From contig CM119371.1 in NCBI GenBank assembly GCA_051294905.1, positions 23,438,001 through 23,502,000 on the forward strand: a stretch of 64,000 bases of DNA, written 5' to 3'. The notes beneath the pieces are model-generated. The model worked only from the letters and a program-made list of their open reading frames with translations, made no database searches and was not told the DNA's origin. Positions 51,103 through 64,000 of this stretch are shown piece after piece. Position numbers and translations under genes: made by a program. Each line of letters opens with the position of its first letter. Positions within the stretch are counted from its first letter, which is position 1. The DNA is from Botryllus schlosseri. Lineage: Eukaryota.

Positions 51103-52056
51103 TAGGGTTTTTTTCTTGCTTCTAGTATTGGTACCCTCTGCAGAGTTGAGTGTAGCAATAATTGCAATTTCTTCAGGGCTTGTGGCATATTGCCTTTAAG
51201 CAGAAGTTCAAGGACTATCGAAAACCGTTACAAGCTAAATTGGTGAATCTGATGAAGCAGAAGTATGGTACAAAACGAAAGAATGTTATTGAGGAAGAAG
51301 AAGAAACTAGCAGCTCAAGATGCAAAAGAGCCAGGGCTGTAAGTCCAATTAATTTTTATCTTGGTTTCGAGATGAGCTAGTTGAATTCTAATTTTTCAGG
51401 ATAATTTCCGTCCGGATCTTGTCGAAGATCAACACAGCATTGATAATCACATAAAAGATATACAACAAGAAGTGATAAAAGAGGGAACCAAACCAAGTCA
51501 CGCTCCTAGATTGAATGAAGAGGACCCACCAACACCGCAGAAATCAGATTTTAGAAGGGGCTCAGTTATCGGAGATACTCCTGACCTATCCAGCACTATG
51601 GGATGCTCAATGGGTAAGTACAGTAGTCTATAGTATGAATTGTCATTGCACAGGTGTATCATATTTTATGTAACATATTAAGATGTTGAAAGAGGCTGAA
51701 ACCTTGATTGGGTTTGATATTTTGAAGCACACAACACAGAGCCGCTACAATGTAGCTCAGGGCAAGATAAAGTGGCCTAAAGTTCCCGAGACTATTCAAG
51801 GGTTACTTGGTGAGAATATTATTTCCTGAAATTGTGTGGCATTGCAAATTTTCCGCTAACAACTTTTTTCGAATGAATTCAAGTGCAGTGGCTCTCTAAC
51901 TTCCGCCGTTGCGAGGCAATTGTAGAAACTTGTTTGAATTGCGCCTCACCAATAATCGTGGCTTTCACAATAACATTGTCTCGTACCAGCCGGTTACAGT
52001 TGGATTTATTTCCGAAAATTACACGCATTCAAAATAAATATCGGAACACTAGAAGT

Positions 52057-52601
52057 CAGGGTTGTAATGACTCGAGTCATGACTCGACTCGAGTCAAAAT
52101 TTTCTGATGACTCGAGTCAATTTTTCAAAATACGGAGATGACTCGACTCGAGTCAATCTGTGTATTGACTCGACTTGGACTCGAGTCATCGCACATGACT
52201 CGGACCAAGTCATTGACTCGAGACTCAGACGACCAAGACCGACATTTCATTGTAATTTCGTAGAATTGAGAAGTAACCATCCTACTGGGATTTCGTCTGA
52301 TTGGTACTGGTACTTGAAAATGCGACCAGAAACTGCTAAAAGGGAGGAAAATTAGTATATTATAAATGCTAAACATTCGATATCACCAAACATAGTTGTA
52401 TAAAGTGAGTTTAACAAGACTTTAACTGGAAACTGAGGAGTCAACATAATGACTTGGACTCGGACTCGAGTCATGATATCATGACTCGGACTTGACCCTC
52501 TGCTCGATGACTTGGACTCGGTGGTGAATTGGAAATGACTCGACTTGACTCGAGTCAAAATATTGAAAGTGAAATTGACTTGTGACTTGGTTACAACCCT
52601 G
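52057..52601. mobile_element. hAT-like GACTCGAGTC-family MITE
   Basis: TIR CAGGGTTGTAA...TTACAACCCTG; TSD CTAGAAGT/CAAGAAGT. Confidence 0.85.
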
Positions 52602-52832
52602 CAAGAAGTAATCATCGATGGTTCTAATAACCTGCGTCTGCTTTATAGGTGATGGAGTGGTGGATTGGCGTGCTGGTATACCATCCATGTTTGGAGAAGG
52701 ATATGACAATTTTCTTAATTCATATTGGAGAGGTAAGCTGTTCGTAGATAGATGATGTATTATGTATAATACACATTGTTAAAACTAAACAATGAGTTAG
52801 TTGATCGTAAACTAACTAAGGTTTATTTTTAT

Positions 52833-53310
52833 CTGATTTTGAAAATTCAGTAGTTGTAGTTCTAGTTGCTGATTTTGAAAATTCAGTAGTTGTAGTTCTA
52901 GTTGCTGATTTTGAAAATTCAGTAGTTGTAGTTCTAGTTCAGTGCTTCTCAACCGGAGGTCCGGGAAGCATTTTCAGGGGGTCCGCGAAGCCTCTAAATT
53001 TATACCAATGTTGATAACGTAATTTGTGTTTGTTTTTTTAATTCGGAAAATCACGAGGCCGTCTCGCTTCATTAAAAACTCCAAACTCACATCAACAGAA
53101 TGGCCGTCTGATATGAAATTTCCAGCTGTGAGACTCATTTTAATTGCTAAATTGCCAAGAGCCTACTGATACAAATATTTTCAAGAAAAGTCTTTTTTTT
53201 GCACGCTCCCGCGGGTCCTTGACGGTCCAAAAGGGGTCCGAGAAGACAAAAAGGTTGATAACCACTGTTGTAGTGGCTGATTTTGAAAATTCAGTAGTTG
53301 TAGTTCTAGT
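52833..53310. repeat. 36-bp tandem repeat (about 4 copies) interrupted by a hAT MITE at 52940-53267
   Basis: Unit CTGATTTTGAAAATTCAGTAGTTGTAGTTCTAGTTG; MITE ends CAGTGCTTCTCAACC...GGTTGATAACCACTG. Confidence 0.8.
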
Positions 53311-56300
53311 CTGGTTTCTACCTCGCCATCTCATCCGCGTAAGCGGTGTCTTACAAAATTACGAGAAGTGGCCCGTGCTACAAGTCGGCAAATACAGAAT
53401 GAAAAATAAATAATACCGGCCCGGTGTAAATGACCATAGTGGTAGACCAGTGTTTCATAACCGAGTCACGAGTCAATCCATATTTCTGATATGCCCCAAC
53501 AATTTCTACCAATAGAAAGTGTCAAAATTGCTCAATTAAATAGTTTCATAGACCTGGTACAGGCGTCGCATAGCTTTAGTAATGGATTGGAGCTCATGAG
53601 ATTGAAATACATACTTCATCGCGACTGAAATATATACTTCATCGCGACCAAAGCAGGCTGACTTGACAAGATTATTTTTAAAAGTATAAATCAAATGAGC
53701 AACACTTCGTGACACAAAGTCATGTTTATAACTTGTGCATTGGTAATATAAATTGTCCTATGTACTAAACCTATCTCGATATCATGATGATCTGAAGTCC
53801 GAAGATTTCATAGTAATATATCTTTCAGGTTTCTATTTCTCCATATCCAACGATGGTCTACAATTTGCAATGGAGCCTGCACTTGGATGGACTCGTCTTC
53901 TCAAAAAACATTGAAAGTTTTGATGAAGCACTTGCTCTTCTGATCGCAGCTCATTGGATATTTAACATCAAGTTTCAGAAGATTATCAAGCACACTCTCA
54001 CCTTCATTTCGTCATACCTGCTAAAGCTGCCTGGCGTAGAGCTGACAAATTCCGTTGTGAGGACTACCAATATGTTGCCATAAACAATGGAACTGTCATC
54101 ATAGTTATGTAGGGTTACCATACGGAGGTTCGAGCGGGTCATTCGGAAGTCGATTGTAAGTGCCTACTTTTAATTTTAGTCAAAACCACTAAATTTAAGT
54201 AAAAAGATGGTAATTCTGGAGTCATCACTTTCATTCAACACCAAAAGTTTTCCAGCAAAAAATAGCAAAATCTGCTGTCATTCTTGATCAACTAACTTTC
54301 CTGAATTGGTAAAATTGTCCTCCTTTTTGATTCCGTAATATGGTAACCCTACAGTAATGGCTGTTTGAATTCGCTTAATAAAATGCATGAAATACTATAC
54401 TTGTATGTTTTCAATTGGATTTGTATTTTTCGGTATTGCATATAGCGCAGCGATGTGTGGCAGCTGACAGATAGGTTGGGGTGGAAGGTATGTCCCCCAT
54501 ATAGGGTGGAGGGTATTCCCCCATATAGGGAGGAAGGTATTTCCACCATGATGGGGGTGGATTTTCATTCCACCATAAATGGTCAAAAGCGTGAACCACT
54601 TTTAATGGAGGAAATCTCCACCTTTTAGATTTACAGTGCGGGTGCCTCCGCTTTGGTTGCCTATTATCACCTGGTCGTAACCAGAGATGGCCACAGTCCG
54701 GTTCAGGAGCCGGAGCAGGATTTCAATGTTTTTTTTACCTGGCCGGACTGGATCCGGATTTCGAATTTGGGATGACGGTCGGATTTTAGGGTCTATCGAT
54801 TTGCGTAATCTATAACTCTACCATGAAATCAAAACGCATGCTACTAAGGATGACCTGATACTTGATTCGTGGCATAGGGACGATTCTTGGTTCACGTACA
54901 TTTTGTAAAATATTCCTTTGAATAAAAATAAATGAATAAAACATTTGTTACCACACTTCAAGTCACGGCTCACCGGCAAACCTCTCGCGGCACCTACGTT
55001 AAAATCACTGTTGTCGGGAAATTCATGTGACCATCATAAAGTTACTTTTTTACGTTGGAAAACGCCATTGTGACGTCATGTTGATAAAAGTCGCTCGCAG
55101 CCCTTGCCCCACCACCCGATATTGTCACGAGCCGCCACTGTATTTTACGCAAAATTCGGTGTTTTTACGCAAGACTCGGTCCTTATCGGAATAGATATTG
55201 TCCATTGATCTAATCGAACGCGGGAGGAAAGCGCACTATTACCATTTCCCAACGTATCTCGATAAAAATGAATGGCTGACGTATGAGAGAGGATAAGGAC
55301 GCCTTGCTATACACTTTTACACTGCTGTTGCCAGTGGCAGTGTCTCGAGTTCGACCAAAATTGGGTATCGTGATCTTGATCATGTGGTCTACTGCAAACG
55401 GTGTCTCGATATTACCCAATATTCGACATTGCTTAGCTCGAGTTGACTTGTTTATATTCCAATACAACCTTTCCGAAGTAGTAACCACTAGTGAACTTTT
55501 AAAATTCCCAAGTTGAAAATCGCTCTCCATCAACTTTACTGCAGTAATTAGGCTCGAGGCGTTAGATGTGCTCACGATTCTCAATGCTGTCATTCTGGGT
55601 ATTCCAGATTTCAATGAACTTGTCAATGAACATTTTTCAACTTTGAAATCACGCCGCGCGCAATAGGCCTACCGACACAAACGTTAAAATATGCAGGTAT
55701 GAACTACTGTACTTTTTACTGTACTCTTTTGAATAATTTGAAATACGTAAGCCTTTGTAGCTGCCCCGTTACGGTGTATACTCGTAGCAATGACGGGATC
55801 GCGAGTGTGTTACTGGCCTCGGGACCTCGTCAGTAGTAGTATAGTATAGATCGCTCGCGATTCGTAATGGGTTCTTATGGGCCCGCTGGTGACTCGCCGC
55901 GAAACTCGTGTTGGTGATTCGCCCTTTTTACTATAGGCGGTGGCGGTGATTCGCCTGTCATGTATTCTGACGCGGTCTCTGGTGACTCGCCATGTGTTCT
56001 TATGGGTGCGGCCGTGAATCGCTCTTTCGGGTATAGACATCTGTCGCACGGTGTTGAATATGCATCAAGTAAATAGGCACGTGGTTGGTCCTTAGTTAAT
56101 GTGTATATCCCAAATTATTATATATGACCGATTCGAGTTAATCCTAACGTTGACGGCGAGTGCGACTTTAATATATCGTTATTCTTATGGGCGCGGCGAT
56201 GATTCGTACTTTCGTTTATAGACTGCGGGTGGCATGTCGTACTTTCACCAAAAAGGGGGTGAAGTAGTTTGCTAAATCTAGGAATCAGTCGCTTGGTTTT

Positions 56301-56653
56301 AGTTTACCACAGAACCGGCGTAGACGGCGATTCGAATACCAACAATAGCCGCGTTCGCAACCTAACACTCCAAAAAGATGTGAAATATTCCCTACAAGCG
56401 CTCGCAAGATAACACATCAGAATAGCCATCTCTCGTGGTTTGATGTTACAAAGGTAGGAATTACGCACAAGTAATATTTTGGTAATTAGTTTACCACAGA
56501 GCCGACGTAGACGGCGATTCAAATATCGACAATAGCTGCGTTCACATACTAACACTTCAAAAAGGGGTGAAATATTTGTAAAACCCCGCGATCACTGACA
56601 AGATAATGTCTCGGACATAACCATCTTTCGCGACTTGGTGTCATAACCATACC

Positions 56654-59518
56654 GATCGCTCACGCGGTGAAATTTTAGTAATCAGTTTGTCACAGAACTT
56701 GATTTCGCTGGTAAGATTTAACAAGTAACGAATAACAGACCGCCAGTGTCGGTAACTTGAATAGCGACAAATTGTCACTTATTTCCGCTCTAACCCTAAT
56801 CCTCTGTGAAGTGAACGCTTATTCAAAAGGGTGTGATATAATTTTAAAATCCAACGACCACTCACCGGATAATGCTTCAGACATATCAATCCCTCATGCC
56901 CGCTCACAAGGTAATATTTCGGTAATTAGTTTGTCCCAGAACCGTCGCAGACGGTGATTCGAAAACCAACATTTTGTCACTTGCCTGCGATCGCTATATG
57001 TTTCACGCCTCGCGAATAGTGGCTGACTTTAGTTGCGTGATAAGATCCATGAAAATATTCAATCAATGTGTTAGTTTGTCAACTTGAGATGTAACTCACT
57101 ACACAAATCAAGTTGAATCGTATTTGAATGTATTGATTCGACCCAACTCAAAGCCTTTGACAAATCCTATTAACGCGATCTGTTGAATCGAACGTAACCT
57201 GAATATTACTGACGCCAACATTCACCCGCATCGGATCATTCACACATTCCACACCGCTGTTTTAACACTTATAGAATCAATACCAACTATCTCTAACCCG
57301 ATAATATTAAATCATTTTGGTAATTTGCCAACTTTAAATCCATTCACGGGATGTACTAAAGGTAAATCCAAATAATCCAGAATGAAATATTTGAACTTTG
57401 ACATTGCGCGAATTGAAATAGGTTTGACAAACATGACTACCAACTTTCACCCAGTCACATTTCAAGATTATACTTCGAAACAATCCTTGAAACTGACAAC
57501 TCTATTCACGACTCCGTTTCCGTTTGTAAAATAGAGTTTCAGAAATACTATCGCGATATTTTAATGTGTTACTACACACAATACAATCAATCAATGAAAT
57601 AACACCTGTTGTAAATATTTCTAACTTGACAACCACTTGTGCATACCGCGATCGACTTGTGACGCGATGAGTTAAATCGGAATATTTCAATCTATTTGTC
57701 GAAACCTTGAACAAACTATCAGGTTATTTTTTGTTGCAATCGAGTGAACGGAAATAGTATTACGTCTCAACATTTTAACATCTTCCCATACACAAAAGAG
57801 TAAATTACAAAAAACCTTGTCAAGTCAATCCGTTTGTAACTTACCCAACCAAAGCAAAAAGTATCCTTATGAAAAGTAGACGAGACTACGCGAGTAATCA
57901 CCACAATCAAAAATCCATAGCAAGTTTGGTTGTATTCATAGTCCACCAACTCGTATTTTTATTCAACCGTAAAAGTCGTTACTATTCCGCAAGACAAAGA
58001 AATTACTATGTGGTATATTTTGTAAGACAAAAGTAATTACTTCTCAGTGTCGGCGACTTGAGATTAACATATGTTTTGAGTATATGATATTTGAATGTCT
58101 GACCAACGTAGTTAAAAATTCATTTCTTACGATCGAACACCGGTGTTACATTGAAAGTTATCATACTGTAAACATAGGATTGACACATCGATTTGACATA
58201 TGTAATAGTTGATCATGACTTGATTATTAAATTATTCGCGTTAATTAGACCCGGCGTTGTGGTAAATGTTATGACAGCAACAAACTTTTCACTACCGTGG
58301 TTATTAACATATTGATTTGTAAAACTATACTTGTCTGAAATGTTCTTGATTTGAAAGATATTCCGTGTTGGTACAAATCACTCTGCGTATTACGGATATC
58401 AGAAAATATTTTTACAAATGTAGTTGTTTCCAGTAACCAAGACTAAAGATGACACAACAATTTTGTTATTCAAACATTGAACACCCGATGCAAGATGCTT
58501 TATTGGTCAAATTCGCAACGGGTAATTGAAACGACTAAGTGTAGAGTCGGTATATCACAGTGGCACGTCGTTACTATTGAATCCAGCAATTGATACGATT
58601 TATTGTCGGGATTTGTGACAGCGCATTGAAACATACACAACTTACAGAGTGTGAAAATATCACTTTGGGTATCGAGTACCGTTTGAAGCGTGCGATAAAT
58701 ACATAATTCCGTTCGCACTCTCTAAGGCGTTGTGAAGTCTACAGATTTACACTTCAAGACTTTGATCAACACAGAAGTAATTTGGAATATCTTTACTGGA
58801 CGCATCCTATTCTACTAGACTTGAGTAATACACAAAACTCATAGCATTAACAAAATCGCAATAGGCGCTACACTGAAATCTACAAAATGTGTTTGTATTG
58901 TTACTCAAAGTAGTGATCATAAATTATCATTTGAATAAGTAATTATAATCATAAAACCAAACTTGCGAAAGTCATTACCATAACAAAAGAATATTGTAGG
59001 TTGCTTGCTAAATGTATACCGGAAATATTTGTAGAACGCTCACGACCAAAGAAATCGGAAATTTCCCGCCATTGTCATTCATCAAAGTATATGTTGTCAC
59101 AATACTCAGCCCGTAAAAGATCTTACTTGTATGTGATTGAATCGCTGGTAATTAACTCGCTAAATCAAACCATAAGGAAATTTCACTCACTCATCGGATT
59201 ATGATATTAAACAGCGTCGCTTAATCGGCGTAGATCGTTTTTTCTAAATGCGAATCATACCCGCCCAACAGAAAACAATTTTCACTCACCTGATAATGAA
59301 ACCGAAGTCTTCATTCAATATTTTGTTTGTGTCAAATACTTTTCAATGAACACACTGGAGTGGTTGAGCTTTACATCATCAGACTGTCATCTGTAAATCA
59401 AGCTTACATCCGATTTGTAACTGTATTGTTTACCTAACCGAGTTGTATGCACAGTTTGATATTTTTGTCATTTAGTGATTGTTGAACATACCACCTTGAA
59501 ATACTGCGTTGATCATAA
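56654..59518. repeat. Left arm of giant inverted repeat (probably extends left to about 55832)
   Basis: Reverse complement of 61136-64000; mirrored ORFs all have coordinate sum 120654. Confidence 0.95.
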
Positions 59519-60948
59519 TTTCCATCATCATGATAAGCGAAGTACATTTGTTTTGAATTCATAACAATCGGCTTTTCTATGACATGATAAATTTTTGACA
59601 AGTTATGCTTAGAATATTGGTGCATACCGCGAAAAATAATATACCACTCATATTAATACTGTTACTCCATTCATCGGTATTTTTGTCGTTGTCGATTTTC
59701 AAACGAGTAAAATTTATTACTTGAGTTGTTCTGCTTACTATATTTAAATGTAAACTCGCCCGTCTTTCAACAACAAACAATGTTAAAAAAGTATGCAATC
59801 AAACACAACAAGTTTTACTGTAGGACACTAATTATTATCCCACATAACTCATTTCTTACCGAAGACATATGAAATATATTCATGTTACACGAAAATATTC
59901 GCTCATGCTACAAACCTGTACAGTGATTGGTGATACTTTCAAACTGTTTCGATACCTCAAGAACTTTATTGTCTGAATGGTTGGTCACGTATCTTAATAA
60001 TCAAGTAGTTCAACACAGAAGTAGTATTAACAGAAACACCAGAGTTGTTTACACAAAAGTTTGTATGTGTACAGTATGCGAATACCATGTGTAAGTCCAG
60101 CACAATTGCGCTATCCATCCGAGTTTAGTTAACACAATTTACGACACCGAGGTCGCCTCATCTTTCGTAAGACAACAAACCAAGGCTTCAGGATATGTCC
60201 ATGTCATAGCAATAAATCAGCTACTCCAACAACAGAGTACATATGTTTTCTAGTTACGGTACTTACATCTTACACACAAATCAATCTACTTTGCTAACGA
60301 AAAGTGCTGAGTCAACACATGGTTGTCCTCACAACAATACAACTAAAACATACTATCATACAAAATGGTCGTTATAGTTTGCACACCAATGGTACATCGT
60401 ACAAGTAACAAGTCTCGAGAATCCAGTTATTCAAAAAACGTGAAAGTATTTCTACACCAAGTCGTTATGTTGACGAAGAAGTATATTGTAATATCATGAT
60501 CGATTTGTATTCGTTGACCGCAAAATGTCACTACTCTAAATAATTATTTTTCACTCAAACACAAAAACCTACTTGTCGCCATTCGTTTTCATCAAGCACG
60601 AGTTCAAGAAACTTACTTACTACGACAGGAATTGTTATTTTTATGTTGTGTAAATAGGTAATAATTAATTTTAGTAACACTATATCAACATCATGGAGTT
60701 GTGCGAATAGATTTACACGTGGTCTTGTGGTTTTGATCGAAGTACACAGCACGGTCTAATGTAGAGTCATCTCTATTGTACAGCAACTCGGTAATCGAAA
60801 CGCATTCATTAACATTTAAACAGCGATCTTGTTTCATCACACGAAAAATATGTTCACTATCGCGATAATCCTTTTCACACTCGTAATAGTATACCAACAG
60901 CTACCGGCGACAACGTTTAACAATACCAACGACACTAAACATACGATA

Positions 60949-61135
60949 CCTACCCAAGTAAAATTACCATTTTCACCTGGAGGTCAGCCGTTACCTGAGT
61001 AAAAATACCATTGTCCTTTGGGGATTTATCGTTTACTCAGAGTAACAATACATTTTCACTTGGGGGTCTACCGTTTCCTAGAGTAACAAACCCCTTTTCC
61101 TTTGGAAATCTATTTTTCCCTGGGTAACAAACCTT
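60949..61135. repeat. Degenerate tandem repeat of about 41 bp (about 4.5 copies) at the spacer/right-arm junction
   Basis: Recurring GAGTAA(A/C)AATACCATTTTCAC(C/T)TGG(A/G)GGTC..CCGTT-like units. Confidence 0.7.
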
Positions 61136-64000
61136 TTATGATCAACCCAGTATTTCAAGGTGGTATGTTCAACAATCACTAAATGACAAAAATATCAAAC
61201 TGTGCATACAACTCGGTTAGGTAAACAATACAGTTACAAATCGGATGTAAGCTTGATTTACAGATGACAGTCTGATGATGTAAAGCTCAACCACTCCAGT
61301 GTGTTCATTGAAAAGTATTTGACACAAACAAAATATTGAATGAAGACTTCGGTTTCATTATCAGGTGAGTGAAAATTGTTTTCTGTTGGGCGGGTATGAT
61401 TCGCATTTAGAAAAAACGATCTACGCCGATTAAGCGACGCTGTTTAATACCATAATCCGATGAGTGAGTGAAATTTCCTTATGGTTTTATTTAGCGAGTT
61501 AATTACCAGCGATTCAATCACATACAAGTAAGATCTTTTACGGGCTGAGTATTGTGACAACATATACTTTGATGAATGACAATGGCGGGAAATTTCCGAT
61601 TTCTTTGGTCGTGAGCGTTCTACAAATATTTCCGGTATACATTTAGCAAGCAACCTACAATATTCTTTTGTTATGGTAATGACTTTCGCAAGTTTGGTTT
61701 TATGATTATAATTACTTATTCAAATGATAATTTATGATCACTACTTTGAGTAACAATACAAACACATTTTGTAGATTTCAGTGTAGCGCCTATTGCGATT
61801 TTGTTAATGCTATGAGTTTTGTGTATTACTCAAGTCTAGTAGAATAGGATGCGTCCAGTAAAGATATTCCAAATTACTTCTGTGTTGATCAAAGTCTTGA
61901 AGTGTAAATCTGTAGACTTCACAACGCCTTAGAGAATGCGAACGGAATTATGTATTTATCGCACGCTTCAAACGGTACTCGATACCCAAAGTGATATTTT
62001 CACACTCTGTAAGTTGTGTATGTTTCAATGCGCTGTCACAAATCCCGACAACAAATCGTATCAATTGCTGGATTCAATAGTAACGACGTGCCACTGTGAT
62101 ATACCGACTCTACACTTAGTCGTTTCAATTACCCGTTGCGAATTTGACCAATAAAGCATCTTGCATCGGGTGTTCAATGTTTGAATAACAAAATTGTTGT
62201 GTCATCTTTAGTCTTGGTTACTGGAAACAACTACATTTGTAAAAATATTTTCTGATATCCGTAATACGCAGAGTGATTTGTACCAACACGGAATATCTTT
62301 CAAATCAAGAACATTTCAGACAAGTATAGTTTTACAAATCAATATGTTAATAACCACGGTAGTGAAAAGTTTGTTGCTGTCATAACATTTACCACAACGC
62401 CGGGTCTAATTAACGCGAATAATTTAATAATCAAGTCATGATCAACTATTACATATGTCAAATCGATGTGTCAATCCTATGTTTACAGTATGATAACTTT
62501 CAATGTAACACCGGTGTTCGATCGTAAGAAATGAATTTTTAACTACGTTGGTCAGACATTCAAATATCATATACTCAAAACATATGTTAATCTCAAGTCG
62601 CCGACACTGAGAAGTAATTACTTTTGTCTTACAAAATATACCACATAGTAATTTCTTTGTCTTGCGGAATAGTAACGACTTTTACAGTTGAATAAAAATA
62701 CGAGTTGGTGGACTATGAATACAACCAAACTTGCTATGGATTTTTGATTGTGGTGATTACTCGCGTAGTCTCGTCTACTTTTCATAAGGATACTTTTTGC
62801 TTTGGTTGGGTAAGTTACAAACGGATTGACTTGACAAGGTTTTTTGTAATTTACTCTTTTGTGTATGGGAAGATGTTAAAATGTTGAGACGTAATACTAT
62901 TTCCGTTCACTCGATTGCAACAAAAAATAACCTGATAGTTTGTTCAAGGTTTCGACAAATAGATTGAAATATTCCGATTTAACTCATCGCGTCACAAGTC
63001 GATCGCGGTATGCACAAGTGGTTGTCAAGTTAGAAATATTTACAACAGGTGTTATTTCATTGATTGATTCTATTGTGTGTAGTAACACATTAAAATATCG
63101 CGATAGTATTTCTGAAACTCTATTTTACAAACGGAAACGGAGTCGTGAATAGAGTTGTCAGTTTCAAGGATTGTTTCGAAGTATAATCTTGAAATGTGAC
63201 TGGGTGAAAGTTGGTAGTCATGTTTGTCAAACCTATTTCAATTCGCGCAATGTCAAAGTCCAAATATTTCATTCTGGATTATTTGGATTTACCTTTAGTA
63301 CATCCCGTGAATGGATTTAAAGTTGGCAAATTACCAAAATGATTTAATATTATCGGGTTAGAGATAGTTGGTATTGATTCTATAAGTGTTAAAACAGCGG
63401 TGTGGAATGTGTGAATGATCCGATGCGGGTGAATGTTGGCGTCAGTAATATTCAGGTTACGTTCGATTCAACAGATCGCGTTAATAGGATTTGTCAAAGG
63501 CTTTGAGTTGGGTCGAATCAATACATTCAAATACGATTCAACTTGATTTGTGTAGTGAGTTACATCTCAAGTTGACAAACTAACACATTGATTGAATATT
63601 TTCATGGATCTTATCACGCAACTAAAGTCAGCCACTATTCGCGAGGCGTGAAACATATAGCGATCGCAGGCAAGTGACAAATTGTTGGTTTTCGAATCAC
63701 CGTCTGCGACGGTTCTGGGACAAACTAATTACCGAAATATTACCTTGTGAGCGGGCATGAGGGATTGATATGTCTGAAGCATTATCCGGTGAGTGGTCGT
63801 TGGATTTTAAAATTATATCACACCCTTTTGAATAAGCGTTCACTTCACAGAGGATTAGGGTTAGAGCGGAAATAAGTGACAATTTGTCGCTATTCAAGTT
63901 ACCGACACTGGCGGTCTGTCATTCGTTACTTGTTAAATCTTACCAGCGAAATCAAGTTCTGTGACAAACTGATTACTAAAATTTCACCGCGTGAGCGATC
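61136..64000. repeat. Right arm of giant inverted repeat (runs off the window)
   Basis: Near-identical to the left arm, with about ten substitutions seen by eye and no indels. Confidence 0.95.

Larger units (their letters stand above)
49705..54083 (+). pseudogene. SAMD3-like accessory gene, decayed; exons about 49705-49980, 50091-50184, 51177-51338, 51400-51613, 51683-51809, 52649-52732, 53829-54083
   Basis: AG/GT-bounded exons give WPVVYNIPTFP, LYPTAHQYQEVCSALLRNYPVLKD, WHIAFKQKFKDYR, ILLTYPAL, FDEALALLIAAHWIFNIKF; stops or frameshifts near 49890 and 51480-51515. Confidence 0.75.
48207..54638. mobile_element. EnSpm/CACTA-type element (CACTG termini) with no visible transposase, carrying a spliced SAMD3-like gene
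   Basis: 22-bp TIR CACTGTAAATCTAAAAGGTGGA, 2-bp TSD CG, subterminal GGTGGA repeats. Confidence 0.85.
46342..55140. mobile_element. Large non-autonomous hAT (Tip100-like termini) hosting the CACTG element
   Basis: TIR CAGTGGCGGCTCGT...ACGAGCCGCCACTG; perfect 8-bp TSD TATTTTAC. Confidence 0.85.

Noticed and set aside
52833..53310. 36-bp repeats with an internal palindrome resembling a CRISPR array
   Set aside because: Units are directly adjacent with no unique spacers, there are no cas genes, and the context is eukaryotic
56757..63897. Pairs of identical 60-72 aa ORFs on opposite strands
   Set aside because: By-products of the inverted repeat; most use non-ATG starts and show no recognisable domains

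Overview
AT-rich eukaryotic (metazoan, probably marine invertebrate or tunicate-like; inferred) DNA. Most short ORFs in the track are noise. The main gene is a + strand, multi-exon NLR immune receptor running from before position 1 to at least 41538. It has short phase-1 linker exons, two of which encode a G/N/Q/V/I/T-rich RHIM/amyloid-signalling-like motif, then a NACHT-WH-HD2 core (12150-14636). A tandem array of six 168-nt phase-0 LRR exons follows; these arose by exon+intron duplication and vary most at the predicted exposed strand residues. The introns and downstream DNA are packed with nested transposons: many hAT MITEs with 8-bp TSDs, tRNA-derived SINEs, a Gypsy remnant and its solo LTR, a Penelope element with an uninterrupted RT+GIY-YIG frame and hammerhead ribozyme motifs, a Penelope-derived palindrome, an AT-TSD element, and a CACTG-terminus element carrying a decayed spliced SAMD3-like gene. 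The window ends in a near-perfect inverted repeat with arms of at least 2.86 kb and a possible Polinton-like AGTAGTAGT terminus. All coordinates were read by eye; no database search was run.
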